A stretch of 56,573 bases of DNA from an uncultured Acidobacteriota bacterium (GTDB taxonomy: Bacteria; Acidobacteriota; UBA6911). Both the position numbers and the translations under genes were made by a program. The stretch spans positions 1-56,573 of the forward strand of contig CAWHCF010000018.1 in NCBI GenBank assembly GCA_963827655.1, read 5' to 3'. The notes beneath the pieces were generated by a model. The model was not told the origin of the DNA and did no database searches. It saw only the letters and a list, made by a program, of their open reading frames with translations. Position 1 is the stretch's first letter. Each line of letters opens with the position of its first letter. Positions 42,010 to 52,434 of the stretch are shown here, in pieces.

Positions 42010-45000
42010 AAGCACTGAGCCGGCAGCCGGCTTTTACATCACCGGCGGCACGCTGCGCTCACGACGCGCCGTCCTATGTCGAGCGCAGAGCCGACCACGA
42101 CCTCTCGACGGTTTGCGTCAAGGGCAATTCTGCTACGTGCTGACGTCCCGCCAGATGGGCAAGTCGTCGCTGATGGTGCGGACGGCTGCGACTTCGCGAG
42201 GAGGGCGTCGTGATCGCGGTCTCGACCTGACCGCCGTCGGCCAGAACCTGACAGCCGATCAATGGTACTGACGGACTGCTCGTGCCAGATGGGCCGGCAG
42301 ATCGGGCTGGAAGAGGAACTGGAGCGAATTCTGGCGGGCGCAACGCGCGGCTCGGACCGCTCCCAGCGTTTCTTTGCAGGCCCTGCGGGACGTGGTTCTG
42401 CCGCGCTATCCGGGCAGCGTGGTCATCTTCGTGGACGAAATCGACGCCGTCCGCAGCCTGCAGTTTTCCACCGATGAGTTCTTTGCCGCCATCCGCGAGT
42501 GCTACAACCGGCGCGCCGAGGATCCGGAGTTCGACCGGCTCGGCCTTCTGTCTGCTCGGCGTGGCCACACCGTCGGACCTGATTCGCGACACGCGGACCA
42601 CGCCATTCAACATCGGGCGCCGCATCGAACTGCATGATTTCACGAGGGCGGAAGCGACGCCAGCTGGCGCAAGGCTTGAGGCGGAGCGAGTGCCTCGGCG
42701 AGGCGCTGCTGGACCGGCTCGTATAGTGGACCGTGCGGGCATCCCTACCTGACCCAGAGACTCTGCCAGGCTATTGCGGAAGCCAAGAGCGTCGCGACCG
42801 GACGGAGTAGACCGCACAACGCGACGCGTTTTTCTTCTCGAGCCGCGCCCGCGAGCGCGATGACAACCTGCTGTTCGTCCGGGAACGGATGCTCCGGAGC
42901 GAAGTAGATCTCGCGGGCCTGCTGACGCTCTACTCGCAGGTCCTGCGTGGAAAGACCGTGGTCGACGACGAGACCAACCCGCTCGTCGGTGTGCTGCGCC
43001 TGTCGGGGATAGCGCGGTCGGAAGACGGCAGGCTCCGGGTACGGAACCGGATCTATGCGCATGCGTTCGACGCCGGGTGGGTCGCGGCTGCCATGCCCGA
43101 CGCCGAGTGCGGCGCCAGCGGGTTGCCTACCGGCGTGGGTTGCTGCGGGCAGCGGTCCGTCGCCGCTATCGTCATTGCGGCAATTGCCAGTCTCACGTTG
43201 ATCGCCGTGCGACAGCGTAACCTTGCCAGGGCGGAGGCGGAGCGCGCGGACCGCAACCTGCAGCAGGCCAACGTGAGCGCACAGCGGGCTCAGGAGGCGC
43301 TGGTAGATGCGGAGAGACACCGGCGCAGAGCGGAGGGCAGCAATCGGAAGCGGAGATGCACGGCAGAGGCGCTCGACCAGAAGGCGATCACCGAGGAGCA
43401 GCGCAATCGGGCGGAGCACCAGGAGAGGGTCAATCGCGGTCAACTGTATGCCGCGCACATGAATCTTGCGATGCAGGCCTACGAGAACTCCGATATCGAT
43501 CGGCTGCAGGAACTGCTGGAAGCGCATCGCCCGCGGCCGGCGTAGACCCGCGTGCCACCATGAGGATGGGTCTTCCTTGAGGGGCGACCTTTTCGATGCG
43601 GGACGAGAAGACCTGCGCGGTTTCGAGTGGTACTTCCTGTGGCGACAGGGTCACCGCGACCTGCGGACGCTGCATCATCGGAGCATGGTCGGTCCGTCGC
43701 GTTCCTTCCTGACGGCAAGAGGCTTGCCGTCGGAGAACAAACGCGCATAAGGTTCTGGGATACGGCTACGGGCCGTGAGCTGGATCTTCTCGAGGGAGGC
43801 ACGGGTTTCGGTTGGCTGATGAGCCTTTCCCCCGACCGGAGAAAGCTGGTTACGGCGGGGGAGGAAGCCGGCACCCTCGACTTGCACACTGGGTATGAGA
43901 ACCTTGGTCACACTGCGATGTTATGGGACCTCGACACCGGGCGGCAATTTGTAACCTTAAAAGGGCACACTGGCTCGGTTAACTGTGCGGAGTTTTCTCC
44001 CGATGGGAGGGTTCTCGCGACAGGAAGTGTCGATAAGACGATCAAGCTTTGGGATGTCGCCACAGGTCGCGAGTTATTCACCCTCCAGGGCCACACGGAC
44101 AGAGTCAGTTCTCTCTCGTTTTCACCAGACGGCAAGAGCCTGGCTACTGGAGGTGCTGACGGGACTGCAAAGCTCTGGGAGGTAACCGCAGGACAGGAGC
44201 CGCGTCTGCTCAGGTCGCACGTCGTCCGAGAAGGGCGCGGGGCCCAGACCTGGGCAGTAGCATTCTCACCGGACAGTAAACGTCTGCTTGCGACGGGAAC
44301 CTTTACCTTCGTCAGAGTCTGGGATGCGGTGACAGGCCAAGAGCTCGATCCGTTGAGGGGGCACCGGGCTGGTATCACGAGCTTGGTCTTTTCTCCGGAT
44401 GGCAGGATTATGGCCAGCGGAAGTGATGACCGTACTGTCATGCTGTGGTCCGTCGAAAAGGGGCAAGTGCTGGGGACGATCAGGGGCCATGGGGGCCAGG
44501 TCGCTGGGGTAGCTTTTTCACCGGACGGTAAGACCTTGGCCACCGCCAGTATCGATAAGACCGTGAAGCTTTGGGATGTCGCGAGCAGCCTGGAAGTGCC
44601 GACTCTGAGAGTCGACGGGATGGCTAACACTCTGGCGTTTTCGCCCGACGGCGAAAAATTAGCTGTGGCGCCGATGGAGAAAACGGCGACCATCTGGCAT
44701 GTCGCGACGAGACAAAAGTTGATCACCCTTGCGGGCCACCAAGAAGCGGTCATTGCGGCGGCCTTTTCGCCAGACGGAAGGAAGGTGGCGACAGCTAGTA
44801 ATGATAGGAGCGCCAGGGTCTGGGACGTGACCACGGGGCGGGAGTTGCTCGCGCTCAGGGGACACACGGGCACGCTCAGGTCCATCGCGTTTTCGCCCGA
44901 TGGGAAGAGACTGGCGACCGCGAGCACCGACCATACCGCCAAGTTGTGGAATGCATTGACGGGACAGGAACTGCTCACTCTCAAGGGCCATACTGCCGAG

Positions 45001-45496
45001 ACCTGGTCCCTGGCATTCTCGCCCGACGGCAGCACGGCTGGCTACGGGCAGCGAGGACAAAACCGTCAGGCTGTGGGATGCGGCCACGGGCCGAGAGCTG
45101 CTTGTCTTCGAGGGATACAAGGCCCGCTCGCTGGCGTTCTCACCCGACGGCAAGATCGTGGCGATCCCGAGCTACGACACCAACATCATCAAGCTGTGGA
45201 ACGTCACGACCGGGCGGGAGCAGGGGACTCTCAAGGGACACGCCAGCAGAGTTTATGCCGCTGCGTTCTCGCCCGACGGAAAAAGGCTAGCCACGGCGAG
45301 CAATGACTCCACAGTCCGGGTGTGGGATCTGGCGACCGGGCAGGAGCTGGTTGCTCTGAAAGGACACTTTACCGTGGTCAGTTCCGTGGCGTTCTCCCCC
45401 GACGGCAAGACACTGGCTTCGGGGAGCGGTGATCTGACGGTAAGACTCTGGCGCGCCGCTACGGAGCAGGAAGTGTTGGCGCGAGGCAAGGAATGA
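42006..45496 (+). CDS. AAA_35-like NTPase fused to a hydrophobic/coiled-coil linker and WD40 beta-propellers (multiple frameshifts)
   Basis: [48 protein letters not shown]; LYAAHMNLA...[11 protein letters not shown]; more than 12 GH...FSPDG...WD repeats. Confidence 0.8.
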
Positions 45497-45559
45497 GCTG
45501 CCGCGAGAGGTGCTATTCCCTGGTCTTCTGCTCGAGTGTCGAGCCAGTGGGAGGACGCG

Positions 45560-46147
45560 ATGACAGCCCCCTCGGGAGGTGAGATCAGTCAGCTCCTCCA
45601 GGCCTGGAGCGACGGCGACGAGGCGGCGCTCGAGCAGCTGGCGCCGCTCGTGTACGCGGAGCTACACCGCCTGGCCCGGCATTACCTCGGTCGAGAGGGC
45701 CGGCGGCAGTCGATCCAGGCCACGGAGCTGGTCAACGAGGCCTACCTGCGCCTCGTCGACTGCAAGGACGTCCGCTGGCACAACCGCGCCCACTTCTTCG
45801 CGCTGTCGGCCCGGATGATGCGGCGCATCCTGGTCGACTTCGCGCGCACGCGGGGAAGGCCCAAGCGTTGGGGCGACCTGGAGCGGGTCTCGCTCGACGA
45901 GGCGGCCGGGCTTACCCTGGAGCCGCCCGCCGACCTCGTCGCGCTGGACGAGGCGCTGGACCGGCTGGCCGCGCTCGATCCAAGGAAAGCGCAGGTGGTC
46001 GAGCTGCGATTTTTTGGCGGGCTCACCGTCGACGAGACGGCGGAGGCGTTGAGGGTTTCCGCGGAAACGGTGATGCGCGAGTGGAGCCTGGCGCGCGCCT
46101 GGCTGCTGCGCGCCCTGAGCCTGGATAAAACGCACGAAAGCGACTGA
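45560..46147 (+). CDS. ECF sigma factor of the kinase-associated type (TIGR02999-like)
   Basis: GGAGG RBS; ISQLLQAWSDGD, LVYAELHRLA, IQATELVNEAYLRL, HFFALSARMMRRILVD, VELRFFGGLT, REWSLARAWL. Confidence 0.9.
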   Translation: MTAPSGGEISQLLQAWSDGDEAALEQLAPLVYAELHRLARHYLGREGRRQSIQATELVNEAYLRLVDCKDVRWHNRAHFFALSARMMRRILVDFARTRGRPKRWGDLERVSLDEAAGLTLEPPADLVALDEALDRLAALDPRKAQVVELRFFGGLTVDETAEALRVSAETVMREWSLARAWLLRALSLDKTHESD

Positions 46148-46262
46148 CGAGTTTGGGCGTAGCTCCTCGGCCCTCGTTCGAGTGCAACAGCTGACGATAT
46201 CAGGTGCCTCAACGAATTCACGCAGGCTTGTCGGAAGCCCAATGTTATTTCTGCGCGAATCC

Positions 46263-47132
46263 TTAATACAGCGGGCGCGTCTTGGGATCGAAGCCGGCCT
46301 TCCCCAGAGACTTCAATAGCGGAGCGGCTCCCGCAGCCATCATCCCGAGCTCGCTGCTGGCCTGGAAGAAGAGAAATCCTTCCTTCATGAATTGCTCGAC
46401 CTGCTCCGCGCTTCCTGCCGGTCGTCCCAGCGGTATGTTGTGTTTCTTCCCGGCTGCCACTACCTTCTTGATTGCTTCCTGAAGTTTCGGGTCGCCTTGC
46501 TGTCCCCCGACGCCGAGCGAGAACGAGAGGTCGTTGGTCCCGATGAACATCACATCGATGCCCGGGATTGAGGCGATCTCTTCAATCTGATCCACGGCCT
46601 TCGCCTGCTCGATGATGATGATGACCGTGACGTTCCGGTTAGCAAACTTGTAGTAGCCTTCCGGCGCCGGCCAGCGAAAGCTGGCCAGACCCGGTCCGGC
46701 GCCGCGAAGTCCTTCGGGAGGGTATTTGCAAGCGGCAACGGCCTGGCGCGCCAGTTCGGGAGTAGACGTGAAAGGAAAGATCACCCCCATGCTTCCTGCA
46801 TCCAGGGCGCGCTTGGCCGTCCAGAGCTCGTTGACAGGAACTCGAATAAAGGGCATTGCCTTCAGCCCACGGGTGGCCAGGATCATGTTGCGCGCGGTTT
46901 CCAGAGTAATCGGACTGTGCTCCATCTCGATCCACAGGAAATCGAAGCCCATGTTGGCCGCCTGGGCCGCCACCTCAGGACTGGGCACGGTAATGGTGGC
47001 CCCCACGACGGGCTTTCCCTCGCGCAGGAGCTTCTTCACGGGATTCTCCCAGGCGGCCTGATCCTGCCCGAGTAACCCCCCCAAAAACAAAACAGGTGCC
47101 AACAGCATGGTGACGATCTTTACGCACCGCAT
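46263..47132 (-). CDS. HpcH/HpaI-family aldolase with predicted signal peptide
   Basis: GFDFLWIEMEH, KRALDAG, CKYPPEGLRG, FIGTNDLS; N-terminal hydrophobic segment. Confidence 0.88.
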   Translation of the reverse strand: MRCVKIVTMLLAPVLFLGGLLGQDQAAWENPVKKLLREGKPVVGATITVPSPEVAAQAANMGFDFLWIEMEHSPITLETARNMILATRGLKAMPFIRVPVNELWTAKRALDAGSMGVIFPFTSTPELARQAVAACKYPPEGLRGAGPGLASFRWPAPEGYYKFANRNVTVIIIIEQAKAVDQIEEIASIPGIDVMFIGTNDLSFSLGVGGQQGDPKLQEAIKKVVAAGKKHNIPLGRPAGSAEQVEQFMKEGFLFFQASSELGMMAAGAAPLLKSLGKAGFDPKTRPLY

Positions 47133-47439
47133 AATCCCCCCTTAGCAATTGGTGAAAAGTAGCCCCCTCCTTCGAGTGACAGGCTTGCCTTGTTTCTGCT
47201 CGACAAGGACATTCGCGCCGCCGTCCGGCTCGCTGAAAAAGTTCAGGCTGGGAAAACGGGCTAGCCGTCCGCACATGAACCGGCAGTTCAACTGTCCTCA
47301 ATGACCCGCGCCCAAAAGCCAAAGGGCTACCGGTCAATCGAGAGCCGTCGCTGAATTAATTCACAGCTTCTCCGAGGCACTCTTCGGCCCATCGGGTCCT
47401 CGCGCCGCCGCGGACTGCGGAAAAGGGAAAGGGAGTCTG

Positions 47440-48129
47440 TCACCGAATTTCGAATAGCGCCAGGATCAAGACGCCGCTCATCATCAGTGCAATCACCCAG
47501 AGCAAATCGAGATTGAACCAGGCGCGGCCGAGTAGCGCGAGTCCGAGCTTTTCATATACCAGGAGAGCGATGAGCGCAGCCACCGAAAGATGTCCGGCGC
47601 TGTGCACCCCGACAGCCGCCAGCCACTGCAGTTGGCCGGCAAAGGCAGCCGTAAGCGGCAGCGGAGAGTGCCCCGCCTGTCTAATAGCTGACATGTGCTC
47701 GGAATGCATGACGTCGTGGTTTCCTTGGGGCCAGCCTAGAATGACGGGCACCAGCATCAATCCGGCGCCATGAGCCGAGGCCATCATGAAGGACCACAGC
47801 GTCAGATCGCGGAAACCGACGCGCATTCCCACCCAGGTTGGGTGCCGGGAACGAATAAACCGGTAGGCGCCGAAGCCGAACAACGTCAGCGCGGCGCCAA
47901 ATCGCAAAGCCTTCCCAGGCAAGCTGGCCTGGGCCAGCCACAGTATACCGACGACCAGGCCGATCGAAAGCGCGTGCCCCAATGCGATCGGCGGCAGCGC
48001 CGCCAGCACCGCGCGCCGGCTTCTCTCCTGCAAGCCGAGAGCCACGGCAAAGAGCCACCCCATTCCGGGATTGATCCCGTGAAAAGCTCCCAGACCAAAT
48101 AGTGTCAGCCAGGACCCGAGATCACTCAT
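47440..48129 (-). CDS. integral membrane protein coupled to SBP56 (His-containing, possible metal transporter)
   Basis: ATGA overlap at 48126-48129; LGAFHGINPGMGW, AHGAG, His-rich loop; about 6 TM helices. Confidence 0.8.
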   Translation of the reverse strand: MSDLGSWLTLFGLGAFHGINPGMGWLFAVALGLQERSRRAVLAALPPIALGHALSIGLVVGILWLAQASLPGKALRFGAALTLFGFGAYRFIRSRHPTWVGMRVGFRDLTLWSFMMASAHGAGLMLVPVILGWPQGNHDVMHSEHMSAIRQAGHSPLPLTAAFAGQLQWLAAVGVHSAGHLSVAALIALLVYEKLGLALLGRAWFNLDLLWVIALMMSGVLILALFEIR

Positions 48130-49520
48130 GGATAACAGTAGGAGTCTGATGAACAATCTCCGCCGTCCAAACGGATCTGGTGCGCGCGGTAGCCGTCGAA
48201 TTCCACAAAGAAGTTAGAATCGAAGTTGATCCCCCCGCCCGGATCGGCGTTCAATTTGACCATCCAGCTGCGCACGCCATCCGGGTAAAACTGTTCGTCC
48301 CAGGCGTGGTACAGGGAGTTGGTGAAATAGACGCGGCGTCCGTCGCGGCTTACTTCGACCATCTGAGGCGCGCCGTTCAGCGCCTCGCCCGGTTTTTTGG
48401 GATGCGGCGTCCGGCGGACGATTCCGCCGATGTGCACCGAGCCGGTAAGCTTGGGGTTGAACGGATCGGAAACGTCGTACTGCTGGAACTCGCCGGTACC
48501 CCAGCACGAGACATAGAGGAAGCGGTCATCGAGCGAGAGGTTGATGTCGGTGACGAGCGGCGGCACTGCCTTGAAGCCTTGCAGCAGCGGCGGCAGCTGC
48601 TCAGGCGCTGCCGGCTCGGCCGGAATCGTGATGACCTTGCGGATATCCCAACCGCCGTTCTTGCGGTGCCAGAGCCAGATCGAGCTGGATAAGTCTTTGA
48701 GTGAAACCACGGAGTTTACGAAGCCGTATGCCTTGGTGGGATCGTGCGCCGCGCGCAGTTCCAGCGCTATCTGATGTTCGGCGCCGAGATCAAGCGTCTG
48801 CTGATGCCGCCGCCGGCGCAGATCCCAGATATGCAGGCGATGGCCGTATTTGCCATTGAGCAGAAGATCCGGGACAACACCGTTCTCTATCATGTTCGGC
48901 GTGCCCCACTCGCTCGTGACCATCGTGTCGTAGCCGAGGTGCCACCAGAAATCGTAGGCCAGGTATTGCGGCCCGCGCTCGACCTCCCACTGGCCAAGCA
49001 CGTCGAAGGAGAAATGGTCGAGCAGGAAGATGCCCCCCGGTCCTTCGCCATCGGGTGAGCCTAACGCGCTGATGTAGATCCCCTCCGGGCCGCAATGGAT
49101 GGTATGGAAGCGCGAGTAGCGGGCGCGTGTGAAAACGTCTTCAGGCTCGATGACCTTCACGATTTGGGGCTGGCGAGGGTCGGGTTTCGTGTCAAGAATG
49201 TGAATGCGCGACGAGCGCAGGCCTGGCGTTATCAGGTAACGTCGCTCCACGTGCGGATGCGGCGCATAGGGGCAGAGCGCTGAACTGCATGCGTTCCAGC
49301 CGAAATGATGAAGCTCATCGCCCGCTTGCGGCATTTCCACGCGGCCGACAATCTGCCCGGAGGATTGCGAATCAGGAGCCACGTCGACTACGGTCATCAA
49401 ATCGGTGCGTCCATCTTTATTCGGATTGAAGGCAACGACGTACGCCAGCTTCTCCGGCGGTCCCTGCATTGCTAATCGCGGCGATGGATAGAAAGTTGGA
49501 TCCGGCTTCCATAGTGTCAT
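48126..49520 (-). CDS. selenium-binding protein SBP56 / methanethiol oxidase family protein (no signal peptide)
   Basis: AAGGAG RBS; FYPSPRLAM, DELHHFGWNACSS, YDFWW, LSLDDRFLYVSCW, GAPQMVEVSRDGRR, GGDCSSD. Confidence 0.9.
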   Translation of the reverse strand: MTLWKPDPTFYPSPRLAMQGPPEKLAYVVAFNPNKDGRTDLMTVVDVAPDSQSSGQIVGRVEMPQAGDELHHFGWNACSSALCPYAPHPHVERRYLITPGLRSSRIHILDTKPDPRQPQIVKVIEPEDVFTRARYSRFHTIHCGPEGIYISALGSPDGEGPGGIFLLDHFSFDVLGQWEVERGPQYLAYDFWWHLGYDTMVTSEWGTPNMIENGVVPDLLLNGKYGHRLHIWDLRRRRHQQTLDLGAEHQIALELRAAHDPTKAYGFVNSVVSLKDLSSSIWLWHRKNGGWDIRKVITIPAEPAAPEQLPPLLQGFKAVPPLVTDINLSLDDRFLYVSCWGTGEFQQYDVSDPFNPKLTGSVHIGGIVRRTPHPKKPGEALNGAPQMVEVSRDGRRVYFTNSLYHAWDEQFYPDGVRSWMVKLNADPGGGINFDSNFFVEFDGYRAHQIRLDGGDCSSDSYCYP

Positions 49521-49778
49521 CTTTGATCTCCTTGTCGGCAGGGTTAGGATTTGGAACAGTCACCAATCAGCAGTTACGCTCCAGCCTGAGGCGGAGCCAG
49601 CCGCGCCTGATTCCCACACGATTTCACATCGGCCTGCAGTCTAGCCCACAACTTCCGACTTGCTTTTGCGCGCTCTGCATAGATGCTGCGCTCGTCAATC
49701 GGGCATCGCCTCCTTGATGATGAATCGGCCGCCCACCATTACGCCCTCAACGGCTGCTGAATGCAAGCCAAACGAACG

Positions 49779-49818
49779 AACAAATACCACCAGGACACGA
49801 AGACTCGAAGAAACGCCA
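49779..49818 (+). repeat. REP-like element (forward)
   Basis: aacaaataccaccaggacacgaagactcgaagaaacgccag. Confidence 0.85.
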
Positions 49819-49827
49819 GAATCCGCT

Positions 49828-50871
49828 TCATTCTATGATTTCCCATCTCCCCTGGTACTTATCCAGCTGTTTCCGGGTGTATTCATCCACGGGATGTTCC
49901 CGCTCCGGGGACTCGACATGTTTCGGCGCCCCGCATAGCTCGGTCGAGAAATACCGCTGTCCCGAGTCGCAGATCATGGTCACGAGTCGCCGCAGTTTGG
50001 GATGGCGGCCGGCTACCTTCAGAGCCGCGACAACATTGGCGCCCGACGAGATGCCGCAAAAGATCCCCTCGTCTCTCGCGAGCCGCCGCGCCATTGCAAT
50101 CGCTTCCTCCGATCCTACGGTAACGATGCCGTCGAGCAGACTCAGATCGAGGTCGCGCGGCACGAACCCGTCGCCGATCCCCTCGATCTGATGAACTCCC
50201 CATTCACGACGCGAGAGCAAAGGGCACTCGGCGGGTTCGGCGGCGTACAGTTTCACCTGCGGTTTCATCTTGCGCAGGTATCTGCCAATGCCCGTGATCT
50301 GCCCTCCCGTCCCTTGCGTTGCTACGTAAGCATCGATCCGACCCGAGGTCTGTTCCCAGAGCTCAGGGCCCGTGGTCTTGTAGTGCGCTTCTATGTTGTC
50401 CGGATTGTCGAACTGAGAGGGTACCCAGTACTTCTTCGGATCCTTGCGGCGGATCTCTTCAAGCTTTTCGAGCGCGAGGTCCACATCTGATTCACCGCCG
50501 GGGGTGTAGACCATTTGAGCGCCATAGGCCACGTCGGTTTTCTTCCGCTCTTCGCTCATTCCTTCGGGCATGACAATGATGCACGGGTATCCTTTAACGG
50601 CGGCGATGAAAGAACAAGCGATGCCGGCGTTACCCGTCGAGCATTCCAGAATCGTCATTCCTTTCTTCAACGCGCCCCGCCGCTCGGCCTTCTCGATCAT
50701 GTTGAGATAAATGCGGTCTTTCAATGAACCGGATGGACTGAAGTACTCCAGTTTGACCAGGATTTCGGGCTTGATTCCGCCGGTGACGCGATTGAGCCGT
50801 ACCAGAGGGGTGGAGCCGATGGTATTCAGAATTGATTTCGTGTATTTGCGATTCAAATCCCATTTGGGCAT
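49828..50871 (-). CDS. PLP-dependent cysteine synthase family protein (CysK/CysM-like)
   Basis: IGSTPLVRL, SPSGSLKDR (PLP Lys), STGNAG, QFDNPDN, GTGG, HQIEGIG, GISSGA. Confidence 0.9.
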   Translation of the reverse strand: MPKWDLNRKYTKSILNTIGSTPLVRLNRVTGGIKPEILVKLEYFSPSGSLKDRIYLNMIEKAERRGALKKGMTILECSTGNAGIACSFIAAVKGYPCIIVMPEGMSEERKKTDVAYGAQMVYTPGGESDVDLALEKLEEIRRKDPKKYWVPSQFDNPDNIEAHYKTTGPELWEQTSGRIDAYVATQGTGGQITGIGRYLRKMKPQVKLYAAEPAECPLLSRREWGVHQIEGIGDGFVPRDLDLSLLDGIVTVGSEEAIAMARRLARDEGIFCGISSGANVVAALKVAGRHPKLRRLVTMICDSGQRYFSTELCGAPKHVESPEREHPVDEYTRKQLDKYQGRWEIIE

Positions 50872-50893
50872 ACGGACACTCCACCACGAACGT

Positions 50894-50920
50894 CAACCAC
50901 CAAGACTCAAAGACGCAGAG
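50894..50920 (+). repeat. REP-like element (forward)
   Basis: caaccaccaagactcaaagacgcagag. Confidence 0.7.
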
Positions 50921-51108
50921 GGTATTAGATATGCCAATCGCTGGAACGATGCAAGGCGATCGTCTTGCCGGCGCGAACCCGAACGGGAAGTTTTGGGAAG
51001 TTACTGGAAGTAGGATTCCCGTTTCATTCTCCGATCAGGAAGCGACTGTGTGTATGAGATGCAGGCGGAAAATGATTCTCATCAAGCTGAGAGTTCCTGG
51101 GCCGACAA

Positions 51109-51756
51109 TCAGACGTCGGCGTCCCAAAGGCGTTTGCGGAAGTATTCTTTCCAGGCGTCCGGAAGAGCAGGTAGTTCGGTGGCACGCCGCAAAAATTCCT
51201 GGTTCTCGGAATCCACCGTGTAGAGATTCACTATATCAGTAATGGTCAACCCGCTCTCTTGTCGATCAGTGAACTCGATCGAATCACCGGCCGCGACTTC
51301 TCCCTCGTGAATTACCGCAAGATAGAAGCCGGTGCGTTTGCTGTGAAGAAAGCGCTTCACCATGTCAGGGCGATCAAAGCGAATCCCGAGCTTGAAGCAT
51401 GGCATTCGCGGCTGCGTCACGATAAATTCGGCCGAGCCGGCGCGCAGACGATCTCCGATATGCACCTGATCTTCAAGGAGTCCCTCGGTGGTGAAGTTCT
51501 CGCCGAAGGCGCCCCAGGCAAGATCCGGGTCAGGAAGCTGGCTGCGCCAGAATGAGTAATGTTCGTACGGGTAGGCGTAGATGGCCTTGTCGACTCCGCC
51601 GTGCACCGAAAGGTCGGACTGTTGATCGCCGTCCAGGTTGAGTTTTGAAAGACGAACCCTGCCTTCGACAGGGCTCTTCCAGATGGACGTTCGCACGGTC
51701 TTGCCGTGCCAGGTGACGTCTCGAGGAAGTCCTACGTTGATGGAGATCAGCTTCAT
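51109..51756 (-). CDS. yiiM: MOSC-domain protein, YiiM-like (with 3-alpha domain)
   Basis: GDQQSDLSVHGGVDKA, GAFGENFT, QPRMPCFKL, TGFYLAVIHEG. Confidence 0.88.
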   Translation of the reverse strand: MKLISINVGLPRDVTWHGKTVRTSIWKSPVEGRVRLSKLNLDGDQQSDLSVHGGVDKAIYAYPYEHYSFWRSQLPDPDLAWGAFGENFTTEGLLEDQVHIGDRLRAGSAEFIVTQPRMPCFKLGIRFDRPDMVKRFLHSKRTGFYLAVIHEGEVAAGDSIEFTDRQESGLTITDIVNLYTVDSENQEFLRRATELPALPDAWKEYFRKRLWDADV

Positions 51757-51801
51757 GATGAAAGATCCTTGTTCGCTGGCGGCTTGAAGAATCGGCTGAG
51801 T

Positions 51802-52053
51802 TCACTCGGATTCGGTATCCTCTGGCTGGGTCGCCTCGCCCCTCGAAAGGATCTCCTCCACAATTGCCGTAGCCTGCGCCTCATGTGCGTCTTCAACGAT
51901 CCAGACCTCCAGCCAGGATTCCGTCCACCCAACCGCCCAAGTCAATCCCGAGCGGTCGCCGCCGAGAATCTCACATGAAATTCCCGCTTCCTCCAAAGAG
52001 GTCTTCACAAGTCCCGTCACTAGAGGGTCTGGCGAGGAGTAGACTCGCTTCAT
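51802..52053 (-). CDS. DUF2007-like small protein
   Basis: MKRVYS...LVKTSLEEAGISC...EVWI...AQATAIVEE pattern. Confidence 0.7.
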   Translation of the reverse strand: MKRVYSSPDPLVTGLVKTSLEEAGISCEILGGDRSGLTWAVGWTESWLEVWIVEDAHEAQATAIVEEILSRGEATQPEDTESE

Positions 52054-52234
52054 CCCGTTTGCTCCGGCGCGGCCTTAAGAAAAGTGCTTCCTGAAATCAT
52101 AGGACATTGATGGACATTATACTCCGTAAGTCGGTGCTCGGTCGCATCTAACCTCCCGCCATGGACCACTGAGGCGTGGGCGACCGGGGAAAACGCAGCG
52201 ATAGGCGCATCCAAATAAAAAAAGTTTCGAAGTT

Positions 52235-52432
52235 TTCGATTTCTCGATTTTCAAGGAATTTCAGGTTCGAGAAGGATCGCGGCTTCAGTTCCGGGCTGAG
52301 TTCTTCAACTCCACCAACACACCCAACTTCGTCGCGCCCAATACACAGGTTGACACAGCCGCGGCTGGGAGAGTCACCGCCACCGCCAATAGTCCGAGGC
52401 AGATCCAGTTCGCTCTCAAGTACAGCTTCTAG
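52235..52432 (+). pseudogene. C-terminal remnant of a TonB-dependent receptor (not in the ORF track)
   Basis: translates FDFSIFKEFQVREGSRLQFRAEFFNSTNTPNF...SPRQIQFALKYSF*, paralleling the end of 17719..21045. Confidence 0.85.
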
Positions 52433-52434
52433 GA

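Noticed and set aside
3374-45496. Many frameshifted genes as programmed frameshifting, phase variation or mass pseudogenisation
   Set aside because: The indels are single-base, often in homopolymers (e.g. G7 at 5657-5663), occur in unrelated genes and mostly lack accompanying nonsense decay. Uncorrected long-read error is the simplest explanation.
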